A stretch of 47,884 bases of DNA from Stramenopiles sp. TOSAG23-2. Taxonomy: Eukaryota. The position numbers and the translations under genes were made by a program. The notes under the pieces were generated by a model. It worked only from the letters and a program-made list of their open reading frames with translations. It searched no databases and was not told the DNA's origin. Position 1 is the first letter of the stretch, and the number at the start of each line of letters is the position of its first letter. The stretch spans positions 1 through 47,884 of the forward strand of contig LT649275.1 in assembly GCA_900128395.1 (NCBI GenBank), read 5' to 3'. This document shows positions 1-9,780 of the stretch, piece by piece.

Positions 1-275
1 GTTAGGAATTCACGACCTTCAACATCATCGCCTAAATTTTTCGTCTCAAAGCTAACAATATTTTTCAATGCAGGTACATTTTCTTGTAGCCATTCAACTG
101 ATTTACATATTTCCGGTGTTAATCTTTTATTTTTCTCATTATTTACCGCATATGGAATTTGATCAAAATACATATTTTTCATTCGTTTCCAAAATACATC
201 ATCTTCTGCCATTACTTTTTCTCTAGTAATATTGCTTTCATCTTTATCACTCATGTTTGCTATGTATACACTCAT
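1..275 (-). CDS. 5' part of a hypothetical protein running off the left edge of the window
   Basis: ATG at 275 follows a (TA)n tract. The frame stays open to position 1: MSVYIANMSDKDESNITREKVMAEDDVFWKRMKNMYFDQIPYAVNNEKIKRLTPEICKSVEWLQENVPALKNIVSFETKNLGDDVEGREFL. Not in the ORF track because no stop lies in the window. Confidence 0.75.
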   Translation of the reverse strand, partial: MSVYIANMSDKDESNITREKVMAEDDVFWKRMKNMYFDQIPYAVNNEKNKRLTPEICKSVEWLQENVPALKNIVSFETKNLGDDVEGREFL

Positions 276-649
276 GTTTAATATATATATATATATTGTT
301 CTTTTTCTTACATGCATTACATTATATAACTATTCTTATACGATTTATTAAATATATATTATAATCAATATATTGCTATTGGGTAAAAAATATAATAGTA
401 AATAATATAGTAAGTATAATAAATAGAAGAAGAGAGTTTTTTTTTCAGTTGCTTTTGCTTAGTCTGCGTCGTCAGACTCTTTTGAGCTTTTTTGCTCTAG
501 CGTGGAGCGCAAAAACCTTATTATATAATAAGCCGCGACAAAAATTCTAATAAGTACAAATTTAGTATACCAATTCATATTGGTATATTGGATATATGGG
601 TATATTAATGTGGTTGTGGTTATTGGTTATACAATATGTTGGTATCAAT

Positions 650-1320
650 CATAATAGACTCATAACTCATAACCTCATAACTCGTAGACGACAATAGTCG
701 AAATATATAGCGGAAATTTGTTAATATTAATGAAAATAGAGTAAAACAATGACATTATGGTAATTTATTTGGGATATAGGGGTTATTAATATCTGATTTT
801 AAAACTCAGTCATAATCATGATGATATTTTGACAAGATATTTTCATACTCACTCAAACTCATAATGGTATGTTCAATATAAAGCAAATGAGTTCACTGTC
901 ATGAAAACTCATAACTCATGCCATTTTAGAAAAGTGACACAGTGACACAGTGACACCCTGATGGCCTGATGTGGCTGATGGCCTGATGGCTGATGTGGCC
1001 TGATTGAAACTGGAAACTGGAAGAAACTGTAAAATGAAAAATATAGATTTTTTTTACTACAATTTGTACTTTATTAATAAATATTTTCCTATCAAAAAGG
1101 GGTGGCGAAGCCACCTCCCACCTCCCACCTCACAGACCTCAGACCTCAGGCATCAGCAAATATCAGCATGTAGCATGCAGCACGCAGGACATAAAACAGC
1201 ACGCACGCAGTATTGACGAGGAACGAGGAGTTATAAATAAGTTATACAAGTTACAAGTTACAAGCGGCACGGCGGCACGCGGTACAGCGTAGATCTATAT
1301 AACAGCGTACAGCGGCACAT
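650..1320. repeat. Intergenic tract dense in short imperfect tandem duplications
   Basis: CATAACT x3 (~661-683), GTGACACA x3 (~934-957), CTGATG(T)GG array (~958-1004), CCACCTC x3, CAGACCT x2, TTACAAG repeats, GCGGCAC x2. Confidence 0.85.
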
Positions 1321-1496
1321 TTTTTTAGGCAGGTTTTATGTTTATTTTTACGTCATTTTATTCTTAGTGCTGTGTGGTGGTGGGTGGGTAAGTTTTTCGT
1401 GTTTTTTACACAGATAGCTTTTAGTCTGGTTGTTAGATTTTCCGGATTTACAAAACTACACACTTTCGAGCGCAGCACCATCTACCGTCTTTTTTT

Positions 1497-1532
<36 letters not shown>

Positions 1533-1761
1533 TATATATTTATTCGAACGTAAATATTATAACAGGCCAGTGAATATATGAAACAATATTACAACATTGA
1601 TATAACTAATAATTGAACAATTAAATCTAAGACATTAATATTTGTAAATTTAACATTAATAAATATAACAAATAATATGGAGTCAGATGAACAAAAAACC
1701 AGGCTCCCTGAAACAACGTTAATAAATGGTTCAGTCGTAGAAAAAGTGGAAGAGGCCAGGT

Positions 1762-2232
1762 ATGCATCATAAAGATGCACCGCCGAAAAAAAAACGCCAT
1801 CCAAAAAGCACAAGTAAGGGAGAGCATTATAAAGTGAAGGAAGAAGTTTTGAGTAAGGAGCAATTAAAACGATTTGAAGCATCTAAAAAATTTAAAAATC
1901 ACGAAGATGAAAAGCATCATCATGCTGCTACTAAAATTCAAAAACATTTACGTCGTAAATTAACAGAGAAAAGACAGAAAGCAGGACAATTACATCCGCA
2001 CAAAATTGCTATTGGAAACAATTGGTATGAGAGAATTGATCCAAATACCAAAAAAATGTATTATTTCAATTCTTTAACTCGTAAAACACAATGGGAGAAA
2101 CCAAGTGAATGTAAAAACATCAATAGAGAACATGAAAAAGAACATTGGAAAGAACTTGTTGATAAAAAAAGTGGCAAAACATATTATTACAACCCAGAAA
2201 CTAAGTGTACAACATGGAATCGGCCATATTAA
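1762..2232 (+). CDS. IQ motif plus two WW domains (true start may be 1677; see findings)
   Basis: AATKIQKHLRRKL is IQ-like. WYERIDPNTKKMYYFNSLTRKTQWEKP and WKELVDKKSGKTYYYNPETKCTTWNRP fit the WW consensus W...YY.N..T..T.W..P. Confidence 0.88.
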   Translation: MHHKDAPPKKKRHPKSTSKGEHYKVKEEVLSKEQLKRFEASKKFKNHEDEKHHHAATKIQKHLRRKLTEKRQKAGQLHPHKIAIGNNWYERIDPNTKKMYYFNSLTRKTQWEKPSECKNINREHEKEHWKELVDKKSGKTYYYNPETKCTTWNRPY

Positions 2233-2414
2233 AATAAAATTTAAAACATTTAAAAAAGAATGTTTTATTTTTGGGGAGAGACATTAATGTGTGTGTGTGT
2301 ATTTTATTTTTTCAGTGCATAATATCTAATCATATACCCAGCATACTATACGAGTTCGTATTTAAAAACGTATCTCTGAGGAGAAATATAATTTATCATA
2401 ATTTATTTTACTTT

Positions 2415-3377
2415 TTATTTAATGAAATATTTATCTTCCGGTAAAAATATTTTTTTTATCAAAAAACATGCACACGGATTATGAGCAACACCGCTATATA
2501 ACAATTGTAGCTCTCGGATCCAACCTGCACTCATCTGAGCCTTTTGCATATCAAAAAGTTGAGTATTGATGATTTGATTCACATCAAAATCCTGAAACTT
2601 ATCTACAGTTAACTTTCCACGTACTGGTTTGTCAACGGAAAGGTTAGGATTCGATTCATCAAATTCAAATTCATGGGAAACCTTTCGTTCATAAAATGAA
2701 TAAAAATTTTTGCTTAACAGTTTTTTTGCTAAATTTCCATCATCTAATTTTTCATGAATATCTTTCCATTCATTTAATACTTCATCGGATAAAACTTCAG
2801 TCTCTCCATTCATATTATGTATTGATAGGAGTATTACCGGAAATTGCGGTAAATATTCTTTATTTTTCAATACATAATCTTCAATTGCATTTATCATAGC
2901 ATGTTGAACTAATTTCCCTTGATTTGCTAAATTGACAATAAAAGGTTCAAACTCTTGAAATTTAGCTTTTATTGATAACGTTGTTTTCATCGCTTGCATT
3001 AATTCTTTTTGATCACCTTTTATTTCTGTCAATTTTAAAATGGCACATACGCATGCAGCAGCAGTATCACCCCAAGAGATACTTATAGCAGTATCATCCT
3101 CAATTTTATTTTTATACTGTACTATTTCTACTTCCAATTTTTTAATATTCAATTTTTTATTGGTATTATATGATGTCAAAATCATACTCTCTACCGCATC
3201 TTTGTATGATAGTTTTGAATCGTTTGGCATGCTACCAGGATCTTTTGCTTCTTTCAGTGCGTTCCAACTATTTGCAACTTGGGCTCCCATATCTTTTGCA
3301 ACCGTGGAAGCCATATATTTTTCAATGTCATCGTCGTTAGACAAATTATTGTTCTTGTTGTTTGCAATTGCACTCAT
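2415..3377 (-). CDS. W2 (eIF5/eIF2B-epsilon C-terminal-like) domain protein with an appended COG0523/CobW-like segment
   Basis: First ATG is at 3377; the track start at 3467 is TTG. QHAMINAIEDY...FPVILLSIH...EVLSDEVLNEW...acidic FEFDES fits W2. The tail INTQLFDMQKAQMSAGWIREL resembles the COG0523 linker. Confidence 0.65.
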   Translation of the reverse strand: MSAIANNKNNNLSNDDDIEKYMASTVAKDMGAQVANSWNALKEAKDPGSMPNDSKLSYKDAVESMILTSYNTNKKLNIKKLEVEIVQYKNKIEDDTAISISWGDTAAACVCAILKLTEIKGDQKELMQAMKTTLSIKAKFQEFEPFIVNLANQGKLVQHAMINAIEDYVLKNKEYLPQFPVILLSIHNMNGETEVLSDEVLNEWKDIHEKLDDGNLAKKLLSKNFYSFYERKVSHEFEFDESNPNLSVDKPVRGKLTVDKFQDFDVNQIINTQLFDMQKAQMSAGWIRELQLLYSGVAHNPCACFLIKKIFLPEDKYFIK

Positions 3378-3736
3378 ATTTAAAAAATATAATATAGTTA
3401 TTAAAATAAATAATAGTGCAATAATGTGATAAAAATTTTTGTACGAATTATTAATGAAATTGTTCAATGTTGAAAAATGTTTATATATATAAATAAATCC
3501 TATTCAACGAAACAAAATGTATTTATATGTTTGAACTATATACTAGCCCGCTTGATGATTTTTCTATACGCGAATGTTTTTCTTCTTTTCGCTGACTATT
3601 GATATATATCTGGCTATTAATATAATAGCAGGCAAATACGATTGAATTATAAACAAAAAGATTTTTTTCTTCCTAAAATAAACAAAAAATGCACAAATCG
3701 CGCGGGTCACTAAATTCTCTGGTGTTAGTGTGTTAG

Positions 3737-4046
3737 TGCTAACTTCTAAACCGTGTCAAAACTGTGCACTTAACAAATTAAAATAACACTATTCACTATG
3801 GGAAATATGTACATATCGTTTTCTAAAATGCCAATTTTATTTTTCATATATTTGGGAAAAAATAGCANNNNNNNNNNNNNNNNNNNNNNNNNNNNNNNNN
3901 NNNNNNNNNNNNNNNNNNNNGTTTTATTTTTCATATATTTGGAAAAAATAGCAAATATCCGAAAATATAGAAAAATGATGAATATTTCCCCTATATAGTG
4001 AATAGTGTTACGTGCACAGTTTTGACTCACGGTTTAGAGGGTAGCA
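3737..4046. mobile_element. MITE-like/foldback element with ~90-bp imperfect terminal inverted repeats spanning the scaffold gap
   Basis: Left arm TGCTAACTTCTAAACCGTG-TCAAAACTGTGCAC...TAACACTATTCACTAT..GGAAATAT matches the reverse complement of the right arm, TGCTACCCTCTAAACCGTGAGTCAAAACTGTGCACGTAACACTATTCACTATATAGGGGAAATAT. No coding capacity. Confidence 0.65.
3868..3920. other. Scaffold gap (N run); flanks probably overlap
   Basis: TTTTATTTTTCATATATTTGG(G)AAAAAATAGCA occurs immediately before and immediately after the Ns. Confidence 0.9.
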
Positions 4047-4287
4047 ATGCGTGCGCACGTATAATACACAAAAATAATATAGAAAATTGAAATAGAAAAT
4101 GTGAAAAGAATCATTTATATAACGAAAAAACTACACATAACAATAAGAAGTCGTTTGAATACAACAATAAAAAGTTTTATCAATAGTTTTAATCACTTTG
4201 AATGTAAAAAATTTATTTTTTGTAAGAATTTTATTTTGATTTTTTTTGTTCAGCATCATTATATTATAATTACTGTCTAACGTGTGA

Positions 4288-6411
4288 ATGCAAGCATTTG
4301 ATATTGAAGAGGAAGCGGAAGATTATCAAACTTTACTTACAATACGCCGAAGTGAAAGGAGAAAAACAATGTCTATATTTACGTGGTTGCAAGCTTTCGC
4401 GTTTTTGTTATTTGCATACCTTTGCATAGGAGAATTTTCTCCAAGACCATCTCTTGAATCGTTTGCTTTGTTTCAAGCATGGGATACACAGCAAATTATT
4501 TTGATTTCACTTTTATCATTTTTCAGTAGTATTTTGGCAGTTGCTAGATACAAATATCCAAACTATAAATGGAAACCATTTGGAGGGTGTAATATATTTG
4601 AGAAGCTTTTGTTGTTTTTTAATATTGTACCTAATATATTAGCAGGAATTTCAATATGTTGGTATTGTGAAGCCGATGATACATCTGCTTTAGAATGTGA
4701 TTATGTATATACAATACTCGATAGCATTGGTGTTATTTCGGCACGCTTAGCTCGAATGGATTGTGGAATTATTTTCCTCCTATCTATCCGTGGAGAAGCT
4801 TCTTGGTTATTAGGTGTCTCTAATGGTTGGCTTGGATATGCAGAAGCGATACCGTTGCATCGCACGGTTGGTTGGTGGTGTGCCTTTCAATCTGTATTGC
4901 ATTCATTGGTATATTTTGTCTTTTATTTATATAATGGTGGATGGAAAGAATTATGGATTGCATGTTTTCCAGTTGATACGGGTGATGGTACTAATCTCAA
5001 TAGACTTGGGCTAGTGAATTTCTTCGGGGTCGTTGCATTATTTATTTTGTTACCATTGGGAGTCACTGCGATGCAAAGAATACGACAACGTTATTATCAT
5101 ATATTTCAACAGTTACATCTTCCATTAAGTATGGTTTTTCTTGTTTTTGCATGTCTCCACGATTTGCCAATGTTATGGTTTGCAATTCCAGGTTTGGCAT
5201 GTTGGTGTGTTGGTAAATTGATGTGGTGCAGGAGGACGCAACGCAATGATAATAAGAAAGAATTGTCATCATGTTCACCATCACAATTGTTACCAGGCAA
5301 TGCTAAAATTCTTGATGGCACCTCTGGACCTTGGGTAGAAGTTAATGTAAATGTTGGGAATAATTTTGATAATACTTGTTTAGCACCAATAGGAAAATGG
5401 GTTTTAATGCGAGTTGTACCATTAGGGAATGAAATGCATCCTCTTTCTGTGGTTACTACTGAAAATGGTGACCTCACAACGATCGTCTCTGCAAATGCTG
5501 GAGATTGGTCAAAAAATTTAGCGAATTTAGCACAATCAGATGAATGTAATTTCAAAGTTGAAATTGAAGGTCCATTTCCTACCGGTGGTGGGCATTGGAG
5601 ATGGAAGGCCAGTGAAGACGATGAAGATGAAACGTTGCTACTTATAGCTGGTGGTACAGGTTTGCACGAGTGGTTACCAGGACTCGCAACTGCTAGTAGC
5701 ACTGGGCGACCATGTCATTTAATATGGTGCGTGAAAAGTGAAGGAGATTATCTTGCATTAAAAGACCGATTGCCACGTGTTGCACATATTAGGATCACTG
5801 TTTATATCACTCGATCCAATGGTGATAATAAAAATGTCGAATTATTGAGAAGTGTGCCTTTTGATAGTGGAAAACAATATGTACAAAGTTCAGAAAATCG
5901 TCCAAATTTTAAAGATAATTTATGTTTGTTATTGACACCACTCATAGCAACTTTAACAGGTCTCCTTGTCTCATATCTTTGGTTTCTATATGTAATACGA
6001 GAAGAAAGAAAATACCTTGATAACTTAAATATGATGGGATATATTTTTTCATGGCGATTACTGCCAATTTTATATATTATAGCAGCAATTGGTATTGTAT
6101 GTATTGTTTCTTCCATCTTTTCACGTATTTGTATATCACGCCCAGATGTAAAAAACAATAATAATTATAAGCCAATTTTAGCTTCTCAAATTGATGAGTT
6201 AGGTCAGACGCATGAATTAAAAATTGGTAATAGACCTGACCTTGTATCAATTGTACGTGAAGTAAGTGCCAATATGGAAAATCAAAACTTAGTTGTTGCG
6301 TCATGTGGACCAACATCATTAGTTAAACATGTTAAAAAAGCAGTTCAATTAGTAAAAAAAGAGATTCCCAATAAACATTTGGAATTTTCAGGCACTCCTT
6401 CTAATTGGTAG
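4288..6411 (+). CDS. Ferric reductase-like transmembrane oxidoreductase (FRE/NOX superfamily)
   Basis: Heme-ligand His pairs (LHRTVG/LHSLVY; QLHL/CLHD) in TM helices. FAD motif HPLSV and GDWS. NADPH motifs IEGPF, LLLIAGGTG, LIWCVK and SCGP. Confidence 0.92.
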   Translation: MQAFDIEEEAEDYQTLLTIRRSERRKTMSIFTWLQAFAFLLFAYLCIGEFSPRPSLESFALFQAWDTQQIILISLLSFFSSILAVARYKYPNYKWKPFGGCNIFEKLLLFFNIVPNILAGISICWYCEADDTSALECDYVYTILDSIGVISARLARMDCGIIFLLSIRGEASWLLGVSNGWLGYAEAIPLHRTVGWWCAFQSVLHSLVYFVFYLYNGGWKELWIACFPVDTGDGTNLNRLGLVNFFGVVALFILLPLGVTAMQRIRQRYYHIFQQLHLPLSMVFLVFACLHDLPMLWFAIPGLACWCVGKLMWCRRTQRNDNKKELSSCSPSQLLPGNAKILDGTSGPWVEVNVNVGNNFDNTCLAPIGKWVLMRVVPLGNEMHPLSVVTTENGDLTTIVSANAGDWSKNLANLAQSDECNFKVEIEGPFPTGGGHWRWKASEDDEDETLLLIAGGTGLHEWLPGLATASSTGRPCHLIWCVKSEGDYLALKDRLPRVAHIRITVYITRSNGDNKNVELLRSVPFDSGKQYVQSSENRPNFKDNLCLLLTPLIATLTGLLVSYLWFLYVIREERKYLDNLNMMGYIFSWRLLPILYIIAAIGIVCIVSSIFSRICISRPDVKNNNNYKPILASQIDELGQTHELKIGNRPDLVSIVREVSANMENQNLVVASCGPTSLVKHVKKAVQLVKKEIPNKHLEFSGTPSNW

Positions 6412-6901
6412 CCATCATAGGAAGTATATATACTTGTATATGTAGATATATATGTGATGGGTATAAGATACATAAAATGAAAAATAATATATATATTATT
6501 AATTTTTGTAATTTCCAAGTTAGAGGGTTGTGTGTGTGTGTGTGTGTGACGTTTTTTTATTTGTATTGGCCTGTGATAGGGTAAATATTTGTATATAGTA
6601 TACAAATACCCTCTTTAGGTATACACATCTTAATTTGTTTATAATTACTGTATATTTATAGAGAAGAAAAAGATATGTTTATATATATATATCATATGTA
6701 CATACTCGATAAAATGTAAATAGTACTGGATCAAACAGCCACTTATAAATTAAAGAGAAAGATTATTATTCAATGATAACTATATTTATTATTCTTGTTT
6801 ATTTATTTAACATTGTTACTCGTATTATTATTATTTCAAACAAAATATTATTGTATATTATCTATATGTACTTAACTAGATTTAAAAAAAAAAAAATCAA
6901 A

Positions 6902-7387
6902 ATGAGGAACTTCAAGTGCAACGCACTTACTTCACTTACAAATACTACTGATAAAGAAGAAGAACATGAAGAAAAAGAAGGAGAAGTTTTCATCTTGCCT
7001 GAACTATGGCGAATTGTCAAAGAATTTCAATTGGATTGGTGTCAAACATGGAAACGTCGAATGAAACCGGTCCGTATGGATATTAATTTTACCATAAAGT
7101 GTTTAAAAACTGGTAGATTTGGTCGTTTCGTTGATTATGAAGATAAAGTATCTTTTCAAAAAGTATCAGAAAAATTTATTTGTAGCACGAATTCAAAGCA
7201 TTTACCTAGAACCAATATACGTATCTGGTTTTACTGGGGCGAGAAAGATACTGAAGAAGAGAAAGTTCTTTACAAACGACCATTTATATGGTTAAATGAA
7301 CAAGCTGGTCGTTATTGGACATGTTATCATTGCATAAATCGAGAACTTGAATATTTCAGTAGGCCTGCACGAGGAAGAAATACATAA
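6902..7387 (+). CDS. Hypothetical protein, copy A of a duplicated gene; F-box-like ILPELWRIVKEF motif
   Basis: Core is identical to 10563-11057. ATG 6902 aligns with the copy B start. Confidence 0.75.
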   Translation: MRNFKCNALTSLTNTTDKEEEHEEKEGEVFILPELWRIVKEFQLDWCQTWKRRMKPVRMDINFTIKCLKTGRFGRFVDYEDKVSFQKVSEKFICSTNSKHLPRTNIRIWFYWGEKDTEEEKVLYKRPFIWLNEQAGRYWTCYHCINRELEYFSRPARGRNT

Positions 7388-7887
7388 GAAAAAGAATAAA
7401 AATGATATTTATTTATGATATACTTCGTATCCGCGTAAAAAAAAAGAAAAAATTAAAATGTGTGTGCGAGAAGGAAAAATGTTTTTTTATTTAAAATATT
7501 TATAATTTAATTAATGCAATAACTTATTTTTTAATTTACTCATGATAATTCATTTATATATATACGCGTAAGAAAATTGATTTATTGTACATCATATGTG
7601 TGTTTTATATATATAAAATTCATTTTTGATTTGAGATGTTAATGTCCGGGAGTAAAAGAAATTTATATAAATTTATGAAAGTATCATAAGAGAAAATTTC
7701 ATATATAATATATATAGAATTATTAAATATACTCTCACACCGTAATACAATTATATAATATCACACACACTATTTATATATTTCTATTTCATAATCATAC
7801 TCACACACACACACATCCACAAAATTGCATGTGTTTATGTTTTAGCCTTTTCATTGTTAAATTAACATCATAAAACATACCATTTTC

Positions 7888-8832
7888 TCATACTCTTCTT
7901 GATATATTATTATTATTATTAACATTACAGAACAGTGCAAGTTCTTTTTGCATATCTTCTATATTACCAATTTCATCAAATGGACCATCTTCTTTAAACA
8001 AAGGTGAAAAATCCATACCTTTGCGTAACATTGCAATAATTGCTTTACGACCTTGTGCTGCAATTGCTTTGCAATTTGCACACTCACAATCTTGTTGATG
8101 TTTTTGCTCATCTTTTTTTTGACGTTCTTCTGATTTTCTTATCTTGCTACTCTTCTTTTTTTTCTTCTTTTTCTTTTTAATTTTGTTTCTTCCTTGTTTT
8201 TTTTCATCTGTATTTACACCAATAAAGTCTAATATTGCATCAATAGATTTTTCACGTATATCATTGCAATTTCCATCTTGACAACAAGTATTATTATTAT
8301 TATTATTATTCTTTTTCTTTTTCTCCGCGGCTTTCCGTTCATTTGAAGCATCTCGCTCAGCTAGTTTTTTCCACATTGCTGTTTTAATCTTGCCCCTCTT
8401 CCCACAAAAATGATATTTAGGACATTTGATTGTATCATCACATACATGAAAGTGTGGACACTTTACACCAGCACCACAACATTTGATATCTTTACGACTA
8501 TCATAAAGTAATGCCTTGGTGGATTTTGGCATTGGACGTACATATTCATCTATGTCTTCTGGGGCATGTATATAATGTTGCTCAAACCTACACTCTGAAT
8601 CCAATAAAATTTGATAAGCACTAACACGTTCTGGTTCCCAGTTATCTTCCCTATAATCTATTTCTGTTACGGTACCAGCACACCAAACTTCCATATTTGC
8701 TATAACACGATCGCCTATTTTAAATCGTTTTTCCTTATTTCTGTTGCATCTGCAACGATAACAATTGCATTGATTCTCATCTTCTTCTATTACTTCTGTA
8801 CATTTAGTTTCGTCTTCTTTATCTGTCTTCAT
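7888..8832 (-). CDS. Cys/Lys-rich protein with a small SH3/Tudor-like module
   Basis: 314-aa ORF. RFKIGDRVIAN..W..GTV....YRE..W....AYQILLD....IHAPEDIDEYVR resembles a module I recall from algal and stramenopile proteins. Cys clusters CNCYRCRC, CC...CPHFHVC...CPKYHFC, CECANC. Confidence 0.75.
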   Translation of the reverse strand: MKTDKEDETKCTEVIEEDENQCNCYRCRCNRNKEKRFKIGDRVIANMEVWCAGTVTEIDYREDNWEPERVSAYQILLDSECRFEQHYIHAPEDIDEYVRPMPKSTKALLYDSRKDIKCCGAGVKCPHFHVCDDTIKCPKYHFCGKRGKIKTAMWKKLAERDASNERKAAEKKKKNNNNNNNTCCQDGNCNDIREKSIDAILDFIGVNTDEKKQGRNKIKKKKKKKKKSSKIRKSEERQKKDEQKHQQDCECANCKAIAAQGRKAIIAMLRKGMDFSPLFKEDGPFDEIGNIEDMQKELALFCNVNNNNNISRRV

Positions 8833-8895
8833 GTGTATATATATATATATATCAAATAAAATTATATTACATATATATATATATAGAATAATAAT

Positions 8896-9017
8896 AATTA
8901 TGAAAAAAAAAAAAATTCACAACAATTTTATAAATTGTATGGCGGTTGAAGAGCTTAAAAGACAGGGCTCCCAATTATGAAAAAAAAAAAAATTCACAAC
9001 AATTTTATAAATTGTAT
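8896..9017. repeat. Exact 45-bp direct repeat around a 32-bp GC-richer spacer
   Basis: 8896-8940 = 8973-9017 (AATTATG A13 TTCACAACAATTTTATAAATTGTAT). Spacer is GGCGGTTGAAGAGCTTAAAAGACAGGGCTCCC. Confidence 0.95.
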
Positions 9018-9209
9018 TATATATTTCAAATTGCGACAATATATATTTGTGTATAAAGTAATATGTCTACTTCTGATATACTATATACTTATATTATTAT
9101 TATATGCATATTTAATATAATATATATATATATATATTGAATGTCAACATGTATTTCCAACGAACAGTCAATCTATATATTATTAAATATTACCGGTATT
9201 TATGAAGAA

Positions 9210-9541
9210 GAAAAAAAATTTCTGGAATCGTTCTATATCTCGCCGCGATCTCATACTTTTTTTAAAATATATTAAGTATATAAATTTGTATACTAAGATT
9301 ATGATTTGATTTGATAGCAACACTGTTAGTATACAAATATATGCACTTAGTATATTTTTTAAAAAAAGTATGAGGTATAATAAGGTAATATGAGGTATAT
9401 ATGTACATATATATGTATATAAGTATGATGAGGGCTTTCCTCCTGTGGGAAAACGTAGATTTGGACCAGGAAAATGCCTCTGGTGTCCAGAGAAGTATAT
9501 GAGGCTATGCCAGTATGTGAACGATTTCCAGAAATTTTTCC
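9210..9541. mobile_element. Degenerate foldback/MITE-like element with an insertion in the right arm
   Basis: Inner IR 9250-9296 pairs with 9326-9374. Outer IR AAAATTTCTGGAATCGTTC (~9215-9233) pairs with GAACGATTTCCAGAAATTTT (~9519-9538). Confidence 0.6.
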
Positions 9542-9660
9542 TTTTGTGTAAGATTATACTATTCTAGAACTATAGATTTTAACCATTACGAATATTATTA
9601 AAATACATGATACATTTTTACTAGAGATACGTATATTTTAATTTTTTGAAATATATATAT

Positions 9661-9780
9661 ACAAAAAGTACACCAAAAGACTCGGCGCAGGATTTTCATT
9701 TTGTGATGAATAGTTTTCATATTCTTGCTCAAGTCTTTTTATATTTGCTCGTGGTGTACATTTATCTTTCACGTATTTAA
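9661..9780 (+). pseudogene. 5'-truncated ORF remnant with a hydrophobic C-terminus
   Basis: TKSTPKDSAQDFHFVMNSFHILAQVFLYLLVVYIYLSRI* begins right after a (TA)n tract. Its TAA directly abuts the stop of the convergent ORF. Confidence 0.4.

Noticed and set aside
926..1882. Short ORFs 926-1114, 1004-1216, 1372-1581, 1589-1882 and 1627-1863
   Set aside because: They are built from tandem stutters or microsatellites, or lie antisense to the WW gene. No recognisable motifs.
3770..4030. ORFs spanning the N gap
   Set aside because: Artefacts of translating Ns inside an inverted-repeat element.
6773..6901. Hydrophobic N-terminal extension of copy A
   Set aside because: AT-rich sequence whose frame is not preserved in copy B. 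ATG 6902 is preferred.
8896..9017. CRISPR array
   Set aside because: Only two repeats, poly-A-rich and non-palindromic, with no cas genes and a eukaryotic context. Kept only as a duplication with filler.
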